From positions 83,328,001-83,392,000 of the forward strand of contig OX597818.1 of assembly GCA_951406725.2 (NCBI GenBank): a stretch of 64,000 nt of DNA, written 5' to 3'. Position numbers and translations under genes: made by a program. Shown piece by piece: positions 41,252 through 54,370 of the stretch (positions are counted from its first letter, which is position 1; every line of letters starts with the position of its first letter). The notes beneath the pieces are model-generated. The model was not told the DNA's origin and ran no database searches. It worked only from the letters and a program-made list of their open reading frames with translations. The DNA is from Octopus vulgaris. Taxonomy: Eukaryota.

Positions 41252-41399
41252 ATAGAACACGTTACTGAATGTAGTCGTACATTATATTAAAAAGATTGGA
41301 TGGTCAAAGCTGAATTGTCTTTGAAACATGGTCTGAAATTGTTCAGTTAGTGTTGACATGAGTTTAACAAAAGTAACGACATCAACGACAACAGCAACA

Positions 41400-42320
41400 C
41401 TAACAGAACAAACTCATTAATCTGCATATGTTATATTCACACAATTCATGCAGACAATGTCTGCCGGGGAGGTGAACGAGGTTGAACGGTACGGATACAT
41501 GAAAACGATTAAACCGATTTTCGATGGAGTAAAGATGTCAGTCATCTTAGCAGCGGACACACTTTAAAACAAAGTTTAATAGTTTCTAACTTGATTAAGA
41601 CTCCACCCATTTTCATTTGTAAGAATTAGCAAGAACTTAAAGAAACCACTACAGCTATTTCCACTACCACACGCAACGACAAAGACAAACATCGCCGACA
41701 AAAGCAACGACAATTAAAAAAAAGTGGCTGTAATGAAAAAAATATAACGGAAAACATTCTGAAAAATTACTATAAAAGATATATAAAACAAAATCATTAT
41801 AGAATTTTCAATAAAAAGTTTAAAAAGAGCACCAAAAATAAAAAAAGAAATTTCAACACGAATATAAAGTTTCAATGTAAAACAACAAAACAATGAAAAG
41901 TCATTATAAAACTTTCAATGAAAGAAAGAAAGAAGGAAGGAAAGAAAGAAATAAAGAATTATAAAAGTTTCATTGAAACATTACAAAACAATAAATAAAT
42001 AAATATTTCTAGAAAATTTTCAATAAAATCGCCACAAAAAGAAAAACACTCGAAAATCTTCTTAAAAAAATCTATAAAGAAAAAAAACAATGTAAAACGT
42101 TCAATAAAAAATACGAACTAATAATGAAAAATGTTTAGAACAATGAAAAAAATACAGAAAAATCATAAAAATCTCACAAGGAAACAACGAAAAAATTAAT
42201 GAATATAAAACCAAAAATAATTAAAGAATGAAAAAATATATAAATATATATATGTAATTGACAAAAAAATAACGAGAAAACAAAACCAATATGTAAACAA
42301 ATATATGGAGAAAATAATAT
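41400..42320. repeat. A-rich low-complexity tract with loosely repeated AAAAGTTTCAATGAAA-like units
   Basis: Composition visible directly. Confidence 0.7.
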
Positions 42321-42456
42321 ATATATGTATATATATATATTTAAAAGTATTCTGCGGGGCTGGGGAACGTGGTTTGATTTAACACGTGACCAAGTTTTAT
42401 TGATCACATGGCATTAATTTCAACAATTGAGGGTTTACAAATCCGAATTAAGGAAT

Positions 42457-42518
42457 TTTGGGCTGACGAAAGAAATGTCGAATTGTATTTGGCTGATCTA
42501 GAAACGTACGTTCTCAAA
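42457..42518 (+). ncRNA. Type I hammerhead ribozyme, copy 1
   Basis: TTTGGG-CTGACGA-AAGA...TCTA-GAAA-CGTACG-TT-CTCAAA. Palindromic stem III ACGTACGT and GUU triplet; the first stem II pair is A/A. Confidence 0.7.
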
Positions 42519-43020
42519 TAACCTTTGCATATGTGATTTTTTAATGTTTTTACCCCCATACCTTCGTGGGCTATTTTGAGTAAGCACTATCTGAGAGAAA
42601 TTTCCTTTAAGTATTAGAATTTGGCTAAAAAAATTTTTTAGCTGCTATTTCTAATGAGTTCAGTATGTGGCAAAGTAATTTATTTTACTAAGCCCTTTAT
42701 AAAATGTAATATTTTGAATTCGCCTTAAATGGTCCCTTTACATACTGAATACTTGGTGAAATTGATTAATAATTAATTAATTTTACCCTCAATTGTTGAA
42801 ATTATAATTCATTTCTCTCTGTTTAATGCTTCGGTTTTCACCGATAAAATTATGGTGTTTGCTAACTTAGCCCACGTGGGTGGAAAGGGGAGGGCAGAAA
42901 TTCTTCGCTTGCATATTTTGAATTTGTTGGCACTGGTAGTCTGAACGGATCCTCGAAGGTGAAAAGTCGCCAAAAGGGTATGCTCCTACTTTCAGTGTTT
43001 ACAAATCCGAATTAAGGAAT

Positions 43021-43082
43021 TTTGGGCTGACGAAAGAAATGTCGAATTGTATTTGGCTGATCTAGAAACGTACGATCTCAAA
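43021..43082 (+). ncRNA. Type I hammerhead ribozyme, copy 2 (cleavage-triplet U mutated to A)
   Basis: Identical to copy 1 except CGTACG-AT-CTCAAA. Confidence 0.6.
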
Positions 43083-43449
43083 TAACCTTTGCATATGTGA
43101 TTTTTTAATGTTTTTACCCCCATACCTTCGTGGTCTATTTTGAGTAAGCACTATCTGAGAGAAATTTTCTTTAAGTATTAGAATTTGGCTAAAAAATTTT
43201 TTTAGCTGCTATTTCTAATGAGTTCAGTATGTGGCAAAGTAATTTATTTTACTAAGCCCTTTATAAAATGTAATATTTTGAATTCGCCTTAAACGGTCCC
43301 TTTACATACTGAATACTTGGTGAAATTGATTAATAATTAATTAATTTTACCCTCAATTGTTGATATTATTTATATTATATATATATATATATACATATAT
43401 ACATATATACATATATATATATATACATATATATATGCATATATATATA

Positions 43450-43692
43450 CATACACACACACACAGATATATATATATATATAAAGATTTATGTAAAAGT
43501 GAAATCAAATTGGTAAAATAGTTTGAAATGCCATGTAATTTTATATTTCGATATAAGCTGTCGAATTACAATTTTCCTATATATACATATAGATGTAGGT
43601 ATGTACATATATGTATGTATATATGCAGATTTTTATATATTATTTATATTATATATATACATATATATATGTATATATATATATATATATGC

Positions 43693-43723
<31 letters not shown>

Positions 43724-43843
43724 CACACACACACAGATATATATATATAAATATTTATGTAAAAGTGAAATCAAATTGGTAAATTAGTTTGAAATGCCAT
43801 GTATTTTTATATTTCGATATGAGCTGTCGAATTACAATTTTCA
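43450..43843. repeat. Local tandem duplication (~125-bp island twice, period ~270 bp)
   Basis: ATTTATGTAAAAGTGAAATCAAATTGGTAAA...GCTGTCGAATTACAATTTTC at ~43487 and ~43753. Confidence 0.9.
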
Positions 43844-43907
43844 CATATACATACGTGTGTGTGTGTGCGGGCGCGCGCGTGTGTATACACACACACTATT
43901 CATATAA

Positions 43908-43991
43908 GAGCTACACATAGTTTCCTGAAAACATGAAAATCCGGCAGATTTATAGAACATACGTTGCATTTCCATGCAATCGTCCAGGCTC
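43908..43991 (-). ncRNA. Possible degenerate hammerhead relic
   Basis: Minus strand GAGC-CTGGACGA...GCATGGAAAT/ATTTTCATGT...GAAA-CTATGTG-TA-GCTC. The core has an extra G and stem I is short. Confidence 0.3.
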
Positions 43992-44735
43992 GGTGAAATG
44001 ATATTTATCTCCCACAGGATGGAGTACTTCTTTTGTTGATCCTACATATAACGGTAGAGTAAATTATTCCAACATACGTGCGTGTGTTTGCATATATGCA
44101 TATATGTGCGTGTGTAATCGTGCATATGTGTGCATTTATATATGTATATATATTTATGCAAACATACATGGAGAAAGAAAGAAGGAAGGAATGAAAGAAA
44201 GGATGAAAGAAATAACGAAAGAAGGAAAGAAAGAAAGAGAAAGAGAGGTGGGAAGTAAATAGGCATAATATCAGTTTGGTACCCTACAACCTATATTTCT
44301 AATTATAACTTTCAGAAAATTACGAACGTCTTAATGAAATTTTATAGCGATAGATTTTCCTTGGAGAAGAATCTGGGAATGCTGATAAAAATTTAGAAAT
44401 AATAAGATACAATTATTGTAAAAATTAAAATGGGAAATTTGTTTAATTTTACTTGATGGTAAAAATATTTTCTTCTGAAAATTAGCATTAATACTATTCT
44501 TTTGAATGCGTAGAAAGAAATTTGATAAAAGTTGAATTTTTTATGTATATATATATATTTATATATCAATAGTTATCGCCAAGCTAATATGGCAGTCCAT
44601 CAATATACGACGAAAGCTGCCGTTGATTAGCTCCAAGAGGCCATCACATCTAGCTTGCTATATTACACACGAACCTGTGTACATTATACCCTTCGAACAT
44701 GGTAGGTCAGCTGTTTCCCCTTGCTGGTCAGGCAT

Positions 44736-44776
44736 CTGCAGAGATGTTTCAGGGTATTTGCCCTTTATCAATGCAG
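44736..44776 (-). ncRNA. Degenerate minimal hammerhead ribozyme
   Basis: CTGCA-TTGATAA-AGGG-CAAATA-CCCT-GAAA-CATCTC-TGCAG. Stems I and II are perfect; the core is two transitions from CTGATGA. Confidence 0.6.
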
Positions 44777-44795
44777 AGTAGCCGATCTACATCTG

Positions 44796-44832
<37 letters not shown>

Positions 44833-44840
44833 TATACGTA

Positions 44841-44871
<31 letters not shown>

Positions 44872-44966
44872 GCATATATGTATATATATATATGTGTATA
44901 TATATATATACATACATACATGCATATATATATATATATATATACATACATACATACATACATGCT

Positions 44967-45004
<38 letters not shown>

Positions 45005-46012
45005 AAACAATGCCTTATTTTCTATGATGCTATCTTTATAAATGACAAATTCAAAATGTTCAGAAATTTATACAAATGCATAATAACTGTGTCAAAATTT
45101 AGCACAAGGCCAGTAAGTTCGGAGTTGTGTCTAAGTTAATGAACCAAATCCCAGTTCTCAAATGGTACTTTTTTTATTGACTCTGCAACGATGAAAACCA
45201 ATACCAACATCGGCAGAATTTGAACTCATGAAGTAAAGGCGGATGAAACGCCGCTAAGCATTTTTTTAATGATGTACTGTAGAAAGCACTTAAATATTTA
45301 CGCATTTGTTCCCTTTACTTAAGGAATGAAGATTTAATTTTGTGGCGTTGTATACTCATTGCCTGCCACGTAACCAAGTAAGTGCACTGGATCTACATCT
45401 GTTATATCAACAATCCGTATCTGTTATTTAACTCTTCTGTCACTCTTCAGCACTTTCCTGGTTATATCAAAGGTGACTGGAGCAATGAAACAAGAAGCCA
45501 AGCAAAATTTATATCGATTACTGTTAGATATATGTGTCAGTGAGTCAGTCTGTAAATCTGTGGGCTAGTTAGAGTACGTGTGTGTATGTATGTGTTGTTT
45601 CAGTCCTGGACAATTTCTAATCAATAACAGCTTGATCGAGTTCTGTATGAAAATATCCAAACTAATTATGTCTTTTAATTCTTAAAGCAGTAACATGTGT
45701 TTTGACAAAATTTTGTGTCCACTGTCAGTAAATCTCCAGACTACAGAGCAGCCAGCTTGTTCGATGGCTTGTCGGTTTTTTCTCGTTTCTTCGTGGGCGG
45801 AGGTTTCCTAATTCAAATCGTCTCTATCTATATCTTTCATAATGACAAATTGTATACATACAAATTGTGTACACTTGTGTACAAACCTCGATTTAATAAA
45901 CATTCGCCGCAGTTCAAATCTACAGGCTTGTATGGATAGTAGAAATTCACGTTTTCTTTATGCTGCCGTTTCCTACATCAAATAATAATAATGATAATAA
46001 TAATAATAATAA

Positions 46013-46265
46013 TTTATTAGTTGAATGATATTTCAACAGTACGTCTGTCTTTGTCAAGTTCAAAATATGAAGTGATAAAAATTCAAAATTACAGAAATTT
46101 AAACGTAAAGTATGAACGAGGGCACCTAGCGTCCACAAGTTGAAGGACGCTAGTTGCTCTCGTTCATACTTTACGTTTAAATTTCTGTAATTTTGAATTT
46201 CTATCAATTCTTATTTGAATTTGACAAAGACAAATGTACTGTTGAAATATCGTTCATCTAATAAA
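46013..46265. mobile_element. ~120-bp-arm palindrome (head-to-head pLTR-like foldback) with hammerhead-like variant motifs
   Basis: 46013-46134 is the reverse complement of 46145-46265, with a 10-nt loop. The left arm (minus strand) reads TTGAA-CTTGACAAA-GACAG..CTGTT-GAAA-TATCA-TTCAA then AATAAA; the right arm carries a more mutated copy. Confidence 0.75.
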
Positions 46266-46339
46266 ATATCTTACAATTGAACCGCGCTCTTCGTCTTGAC
46301 TGTTTACCTTTGTGAAGAGTTACCTCAAACCTTTTAAAA

Positions 46340-46395
<56 letters not shown>

Positions 46396-46396
<1 letters not shown>

Positions 46397-49300
46397 CCTA
46401 CGAAAATGACGACCTTCAAAATAATGGACCGGACGTTGTTCCTCATGTCCCGCAAATAAAACCCAAAAGATATAAATGGACCCGTGAAGAATGCATTTCT
46501 ATCCTACACGCTCACTTTACTGCAGTGCTCTACCCAAAGAATGAAAACACAACAACACATACATATAAAATATGGAAGGAAAATAACATAAATATAGACT
46601 TGGATACAGCAATGAACCCTAATAAACTAGCTAACGTACGAAGATACAGTCTCAACGCAAAAAAAATATCAGAAATAGAAATAGAACATCTAAAAGAAAA
46701 AAATACATCAGGAAAATGTAGATAGAAGCCACACAACAATGCCCAATAATATAAACACTGAAACAGTAAAGCACGAAGACAAACGTAACGTTCCCAAGAA
46801 ACACGATGTAAACAAAAAACGACAAATCCAGACCGTAATGATGCATAATAATACACGACAAACAGCAAGCCAAAACAAGACGAACAAACATACAAATAAG
46901 AAAGAAAGTGACACAAATCTAAAACCTGGAAACAATGAAAAAATCAAAATAGACGAAACAACAACACCAATTATAAACAGCATAAACCTAGCCGTCACGG
47001 AAGTAATAGCCACTGAAACAAAAAGCGATATCACTGAGCTAAATGACTTAGTATATGCAGCAGCCATTGTAGCCACAGAAGAAGCTGGATACTCACTCAA
47101 ACCCGTCCAAACAGGAGTACCACCACCCAAACAAACCCTACGGATAAATAACATCCAAAACAAAATACAAAAAATAAGAAAATATCTGTCGATTCTTAAT
47201 GGAATCAGTAGACAATCAACGCTACTGAGCAACAAAAAGAAAACAAAAATACTCCGCAAATACATCACAGAAAAAGATTTACCTGAGATAAAAGAAAAGC
47301 TAAAGCAAGATATCCTTGCCAAAGCACAAAGGCTCCGCCGGTACGAGAAACGCCAGGGCTTCTTTGAAAAAAACAAAAAGTTCAACTCCAATCCCAAAAA
47401 GTTCTACCAAGAACTTGGCAAAAATAAAATAGAAATCACCGCAGCAACAACGGCAGAAGAAGTGGAAGAATTCTGGAGAGAAATATGGTCGGCGAACGAT
47501 CAACCAAAAAAAAGGAGTATTGAAACAACAAACTCAGCATCTGAGCAACTTTGGACCACCATAACAACTGAAGAGGTCACCCAGGCACTACAAAGGCTAA
47601 GCAACTGGAAGGCACCTAGGCATGACAAGATCCCCAACTTATGGTTGAAATATCTAACAGGAATGCACAAAAAGCTGGCCGAAAACTTGAAAAACATACT
47701 GGCAGAGCCAGAGACAATGCCTGAGTGGTTCACAAAGGGGAAAACAATCTTAATTCCCAAAACAAATGAGACAGCAAAACCAGAAAACTACAGACCAATA
47801 ACCTGTCTCCCTACAATACAAGGAATTTACTGCAGTGATATCGCAACGGTTGAACAAGCACCTGGATGAAAACAACATGTTTCCAGAAGAGCAGAAAGGA
47901 TGCCGCAAAGGCTCAAATAGTTGTAAAGATCAACTAATGATTAATAAAGCCAGAACTGAAGACAGCCACAGAAAGAAGAAAGGCCTCAGTATGGCCTGGA
48001 TCGACTACAAAAAGACGTTTGAGAGCATCCCCCACACATGGATCCTCGAAACACTAGCCATTAACAAAGTAGCACCTACAATTATAAAATTCATAGGACA
48101 CTCTATGAAGAAATGGCAAACATTGCAACAGCTGCAAACAAAAGACAGTCTCATAAAAACCAAAGCCATCCCCATTAGAAGAGGAATATTCCAGGGAGAC
48201 ACGCTCTCTCCACTCCTTTTCTGCTTGGCACTGTCACCTCTATCTGATATGCTAAATAGTACTGGATGCGGATATAAATGTTACGGCAAAACGATCAGCC
48301 TCCTTTTATATATGGATGACATAAAACTATACGCTGTAAATGACAAAGAGCTGGAAACATTATTAAAGACAGTTCACGGATTTACCAAAGAAATAGATAT
48401 GAAATTTGGATTAGAAAAATGCGCCAAAGTAACCATGAAAAGAGGAAATCTAGTTAAGAGTAGCAACATCACACTAGATAAAACCAATGAAATAAAAGAA
48501 TTAGACCAAAGCCAAACTTACAAATACTTAGGAATCCATGAACTAGATAAGACACAACACACACAAATGAAAGAGAAAATAAAAAAGAATATTATAGACG
48601 AGTTAGATCAATACTAAAAACAGAGCTCAATGCTAAAAACAAGATAATAGGTATTAACACTTTAGCTGTCTCAGTTATAAGTTACAGCTACAATATCCTT
48701 AACTGAACACTAAATGAACTGACCAAAATAGATAGGAAAACAAGAAAAATAATGACAGGATCTAGGATGCATCACCCAAAATCTGACATAGAAATACTAT
48801 ATATACAACGTATAGAAGGTGGTAGAGGCCTTATACAGCTGGAAAACTACTATAAAATAACCACCATAGGACTGCAAAAATATCTACTTCAGAAGGAAGG
48901 AAAACTGATACAAATAGCGGCAAAACACGAGCAAAACAAAAAACTGTTCTCAGGAAGCTGACAAATACAAACAAGAAATCATATCACCTAACAAAGAAGA
49001 AGAAGAAGAAGAAGAAGAAGAAGAAGAAGAAGAAGAAGAAGAAGAAGAAGAAGAAGAAGAAGAAGAAACAACAAAAGCTATAAAACAAATGAAATCCAAA
49101 CTAAAAATAGAACAGCAAAGATCTATGATAAAACGATGGCAAGAAAAGCCCCTTCATGGTAAATACTGGACTAAACTAAATGCAAAAGAAATAGAAAAAG
49201 AAAAATCCCAGCAATGGTTTGGAAGCTCAGGACTCAAAGGCAGAGACAGAGGGATTTTTAATTGCAGCACAAGACCAAAGCCTCCCCACCAGAAATGACC

Positions 49301-50024
49301 AAAAACATGTAATGAAAAGAAATATAACAAGTAACTGCAGAATATGTGGAGATGGACAAGAAACAATAAATCATATTATCTCTGGCTGCCCAGTCCTGGC
49401 TAAGAAGGAATATATTCACAGACACGACAGAGTTGGAACCTTCATACACTGGAAACTATGCCAACCTTATGGAATAACAACAACAAAAACAGATGGTATA
49501 GGCACACACCAGAAAATGCCACAGAAAACGAGAAAGCAACCATACTCTGGGATATGCCGATACACAAAGACAGAGAAATTAAGGCCAACAGACCAGATAT
49601 AGTTGTCAGAGATCATGAAGAAAATAAATGCTTTCTAATTGATGTATCAATACCGGCAGATGACAAAGTGTCTCTAAAAGAAATGGAGAAACTCTCAAAA
49701 TACAAAGACCTGGAAATAGAGGTAACCATAATGTGAAATCTAAAAACAGAAACAATTCCTATCATAGTAGGTGCATTAGGCATGATAAAAAAATATTCAA
49801 ACTAATACATAACAAAAACACCAGGATTACATACACATATAACATACAGAAAATTGCACTACTAGGCACTGCACACATCCTACGCAGAACACTTTCCATA
49901 CAATAACCATCAGAGCATCACAACAAATCACAGCACATACGCAAGGCACACAGAGCTGCGCTCGGTAGTGAAGTGAAAGCACGCTATAAAAATAAAACTA
50001 CTGAATAATAATAATAATAATAAT
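46396..50024 (+). mobile_element. R4/Dong-type non-LTR retrotransposon (RT plus restriction-like endonuclease), near full length, inserted in (AAT)n
   Basis: One ancestral ORF split over 46312-49905: N-terminal KWTREE, RT motifs YRPITCLPT, EEQKGC, WIDYKKxFxSIPH, RGIFQGDTLSPLLF, YMDD and KYLG, CCHC knuckle CRIC..HIISGC, RHD, and RPDIV..D..K..KY. (AAT)n on both sides. Confidence 0.93.
46405..49905 (+). pseudogene. Disabled RT-RLE polyprotein of the R4/Dong element
   Basis: Frameshifts near 46710, 47820, 48590, 48950, 49215 and 49490; stops near 48704 and 49735; a (GAA)n expansion at ~48995-49066. Confidence 0.9.
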
Positions 50025-50240
50025 TGTTTCAAATCCTGACTCAAGGTCAGCAATTTCATCGATCCCAGTGCAAAATGCTTTCGTCCGTCTTTACGTTCTG
50101 AGTTCAAATTCCGCCTAGGTCTATTTTCTCTTTATTTATTTCGGGGTTGATAAAATAAGTACCAGATGAGCACTGGGGTCGATACAATCGACTAGCCTCT
50201 TCCAATAAAACTTCAGGTTTTCTACCTATAGAAGAAAGCT
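50025..50240. mobile_element. SINE family B fragments (minus-strand tail 50025-50072, plus-strand body 50075-50240)
   Basis: Family B tail and central-domain matches. Confidence 0.7.
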
Positions 50241-51779
50241 TTATTTAAGAAGCTGAGTAAGTTGTAGTTCATGTCATTTTCTTGCGTCAGCTATATCATT
50301 TAAACGGTATGTGGGTAGTTGAATCAAGATGATAAAATCTAAAATGTGGAATGTCTCTACTTCAAGGACGTCAACTTCTAGTTTTGCGAGTGAAATCAAA
50401 AATCTTCCTTGGTGATGTTCAGCCACTGACAACATCTCTGAAGAAACCAGTCACCAGCTTTGGATGAAAAACGTGAGAATGGCGTTCCCCCAAGTAACAT
50501 TGGAATCTCAACCAGTGCGAAATATCTTCGTAGCTCAGGACCATCACAGATTTTGTGAAAAACACTCAGCGGCTTGAGAATGGAAGTACGACGATCAAAA
50601 TTTGCTTTGTTTCGATGGATCTTCAACCAAATGTGAATATGGCAAAACAGACCATGCTAGGGAGCACAGCATTGTGTACCTTCTATAACCCAATACATGC
50701 AGTTCAAAAGACCTTGAGAATACCAATGCAAAGAACTATATAAAGAAATGGGAAACTACATTATTACCATTATGGATCGAAGAATCGAAAGGCGATCAAC
50801 AACATCTCAGGACTCTTTATATTCGTATTAGTAAAGATTATACGTCAGATTTAAACTGAATCTTGTGTTCAGTCCAGCTGCTAGTGACTCAAGCTAAATT
50901 TTTTGATGTTAATCTTGTTCCGTTATTGTTTTTGTTATTAGAGTTATGTTTATAATCTTGTAGCTTCTGTTTGTCTCATTGTTGTTGTTTTTCCCCTTTC
51001 TTTCTTGGGCATTATATTGGTGTTTCTCGTTCCATTCGAAATCTCCCTTACATTCTTGACCTTCTTATCGTTGGTAACATTTTTATATTTTCCACCTCCT
51101 AGCGTCTAAATTTTTCTTTTCGTGTTTTTTTTTTGCTGGTTATACCACTGTTAAACTGTTATGTTCGTTTCTGCAGCAGCTGCTGCTATTCTTGTTGTTT
51201 TCATTGTTGATGTTGTTGCTCACGTTGTTATTTACAAGTTGTTTTGCGCCGCCTTGACAAGCAAAATCTTCAAGACAGACGACAGCTTAAGTATTGCTAC
51301 AACCACTGTTACCATAACTGTTTCGAACTTCCCCCGTCTCTCTACCCTCACACTCTCTCCAAACGTCAAACTTATTGACATTTTTAATAAAAAATATTGT
51401 TTTGCTGGCCATCAACGACGGAGTGGGAGGAAATAATTGTACCTTTTATAATTAGGAGAGACACTAAGAATTTTTAACTCCTCATTTTTTTTCTCTCGTT
51501 AATGTCTTAAGCAATCATAACGATAAAAATTAAAATTTTCATCGGAAACATTTGCGAAAATCGATGTAAACTTATAGAATGTCGTTGTTTATTGATCAGA
51601 GCATCTTGCATTTGATGATCAGGTTGATGATGATGATGATGATTAAAAGGAAGAGGATGATGATGAGAGGGAGGATAATAATAGCGATAATGGTGATAAT
51701 GACGATGGCTATAACGGTAACAGTGACGATGGTTATCATAAAAGCAACATCAACAATCACATTAAAAATAAAAATCATT

Positions 51780-51992
51780 TCTAGTAAAGGCAAACAACCT
51801 GAGATTTTGGGAGATGAGGCTAGTCGAATACATCGAGCCCAGTGCGCGAATGCTCCTTATTGTATCGACCCAGAAAGGATAAAAGGAAAAGTCAACCTCG
51901 GTGGAATTTGAAATCAGGACGTAAGCACGAAACGAACGAAATGCTACTAAGAATTTTGCCATGTCTGCTAACGATTCTGCGAAATCGCCGCC
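51780..51992 (-). mobile_element. SINE family B, degenerate (further copies near 8025, 36005, 37170, 40290, 45090, 52420, 53600 and 53752)
   Basis: Central-domain and head matches. Confidence 0.75.
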
Positions 51993-52022
51993 TTGACATT
52001 AATAATAGTAATAATAATAATA

Positions 52023-52065
<43 letters not shown>

Positions 52066-52583
52066 CTGTTGTTACTCGTGGACCTTTCCACAATTGGAGT
52101 TTAGGTAACTGAACGAATTTTCAGGAAAACAACGAAATACACAATGTCATTTGAAACTATTTTTAAATGACGTAAAGCCTACATAAGTAGCTCTGAAAGT
52201 ATACACTTCAGAGAAAATATCTTTGAAAATATTCTTTGTTGCATAATTTGCTCTATTTTTTCTTCGATCTCTCAACAAAACTAAACGCCGAGTCTACATC
52301 CATATTTTCATAACAGACAGAAGGTCGTATCTCTATCACTGGATTTGAACACACGTTCGAAATGAACGAAGTAACTTAGATGCTGTACACAGCTCTAGAT
52401 TCAAATGAATGTACGTTCTTCTTCTAGTTCTGACTCCAAATTCCACCAAAGTTGATTTGCCTTTCATTCTTTCGGAGTGGATAAAATAAATACCTGTTAG
52501 ATCCTGGCGTTGATGCAATCGATTAAGCTCCTTTCCCGAAATTGTACCTAAAAGATGAAACCAATACCATATATGTGTAAATA

Positions 52584-52622
<39 letters not shown>

Positions 52623-53248
52623 CACGCACACACACACACATGTATGCATGTATGTATCGTATTGTCTACACTATAGTAAAAATGTCTTCACGTAATAAAC
52701 AAATCAAAATACGATGTTTAGAAATTTTGAACAGAATCTAGCTCAATACTCGTTTGTGTAGATTATGTAGAAAAGAAAACAGAATCTGTAATGAACAATA
52801 AAAGCTATATAATTATATTCCGGTTTCTATCTAAAGAAATGTAGAAGTAAATTATAATCTTGTAAAATACACTCAAACATTCATTGTAAGAGGAAAATTA
52901 TGCACGATATATGACTTATTTCTTGTCCTCACCACCCCTATTTTATTTCATACCTCTCTCTATTTTGCTTATAAAACAGGGAATACTTCCTGACGAATGA
53001 GCTTCAAACTCGAATTACGTCACTTCCTTCATATACGTAGGCTTAATCTATTGATGCACATTGTTACTTGGTGTTAAGTAAATTCTATCGAGGACATTGT
53101 GTCCGATATTGGAAATATTGAACAAGATTTTGCCTTTATAAATGCGTCATTTCATATACGGAAACTTCTAGGGATTGTAATTTTTGGTTTTTTAACATGA
53201 ATTGTACGAATTCTCCTAACTTTTAATTCCATAACCTAAATGCTGTTA

Positions 53249-53557
53249 GTGGAGCCACATGGCCTAGTGGTTAGAGTAGCGGACTTGCAGTCGAGAGATC
53301 GCGGGTTCGAATCTCAGACCGAGTGATGTGCGTGTTTACGAGCGTAACACCTAAGCTCCACGCAGCTCCTGCAGAAGGTAATGGTGAACTTCTGCTGACT
53401 CTTTCGCCACAAATTTCTCCCACTCTTTCCTTCTGCATCATGCAGCTCACCTGCGACGGACCCACCTGCGACGTCCAGGTGGGGAACCTATACGCCAAGG
53501 AAACCGGGAAACCGGACCTTATGAGACAGGTGTGGCTCAAGAAGGAACAAAGAACAA
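53249..53557 (+). mobile_element. SINE family C
   Basis: TGGCCTAGTGG A-box and GGTTCGAATC B-box; collinear with 32318-32624. Confidence 0.88.
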
Positions 53558-54002
53558 ATGTTAATTGCATGACGCTTACTGATTTATGTTGCGTAAGGAG
53601 GGCAGAAAAAAATATTAATCCAGAGGGAATACAAGTCTGCACTGGGACAGAATTTGGTTTTCATCCTTCCGGCTCGATAAAATGAGTATTTGTTCAGTAT
53701 GGATGGATTTCATTCTTTAGACACTCCCCCTAAATTGTGCTAGTATTACCTAAGGTGGTAAGCTGGCAGAATTTATACCGCCTCATTACATTGTGAGTTC
53801 GAATCCGATTGAGGTAGAGTTTGCCTTTCATTGCGTCGTGGCCAATAAAATAAAGTACATGTAAAATAGTGGGATTGATGCAAACAATATAACTCTCACC
53901 TAAAAATTTATTCAGGAGTGTGTGTTTTCGGTTACTTATGCGTCAAAGATTCCGAATAACCAGACTTATGAACCCTAAGGCTAAGGAAACAATATACACT
54001 AT

Positions 54003-54179
54003 GCGCAGGTAGGGCTGTGCGGTAAGAAGCTTGCTTCCCAAACATATGGCTCCGAGTTAAGTCCTACTGCGTGGCGTCTTGGGCAAATGTCTTCTTCTAT
54101 ACCCTCGGGCCGATCAAAGACGTATGAGTCGATTTGGTAGACGGAAACTGAAGAAAACCATTGTATATATATAACCATC

Positions 54180-54228
<49 letters not shown>

Positions 54229-54370
54229 TGTATGTGTCTTTGTGTCTGTATTTGTTTCCCACCACCACTAGCTAACCGGTGTTGGTGTGTTTACGTCCCA
54301 GTAAATTATCGGTTTAGCTAAAGAGACCGTTAGAACCAGGCTTTAACAAAATAAGTATTGGTATCTTTTC
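54003..54370 (+). mobile_element. SINE family A
   Basis: Head, body, internal (TA)n and 3' part. Confidence 0.8.

Larger units (their letters stand above)
42416..43363 (+). mobile_element. Hammerhead-containing tandem repeat (Penelope pLTR or retrozyme-like), period 564 bp
   Basis: Near-identical 367-bp direct repeats at 42433-42799 and 42997-43363, and a 19-bp inverted copy of the repeat end at 42416-42434. Confidence 0.8.

Noticed and set aside
46530-49449. Minus-strand ORFs overlapping the R4/Dong element (e.g. 46708-47397)
   Set aside because: They are antisense shadows of the A-rich LINE ORF.
50396-50800. Short non-repetitive ORFs downstream of the LINE
   Set aside because: No recognisable motif and stops in all frames; possibly an ancient TE remnant, but unassignable.
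52985-53030. CTGACGA..GAG/CTC..GAAT hammerhead-like string
   Set aside because: GAAA is broken and there is no complementary stem I.
53249-53325. tRNA-like sequences with A and B boxes (also near 32550, 37785 and 59028)
   Set aside because: They continue into shared SINE bodies and I could not fold a full cloverleaf, so they are SINE heads rather than tRNA genes.
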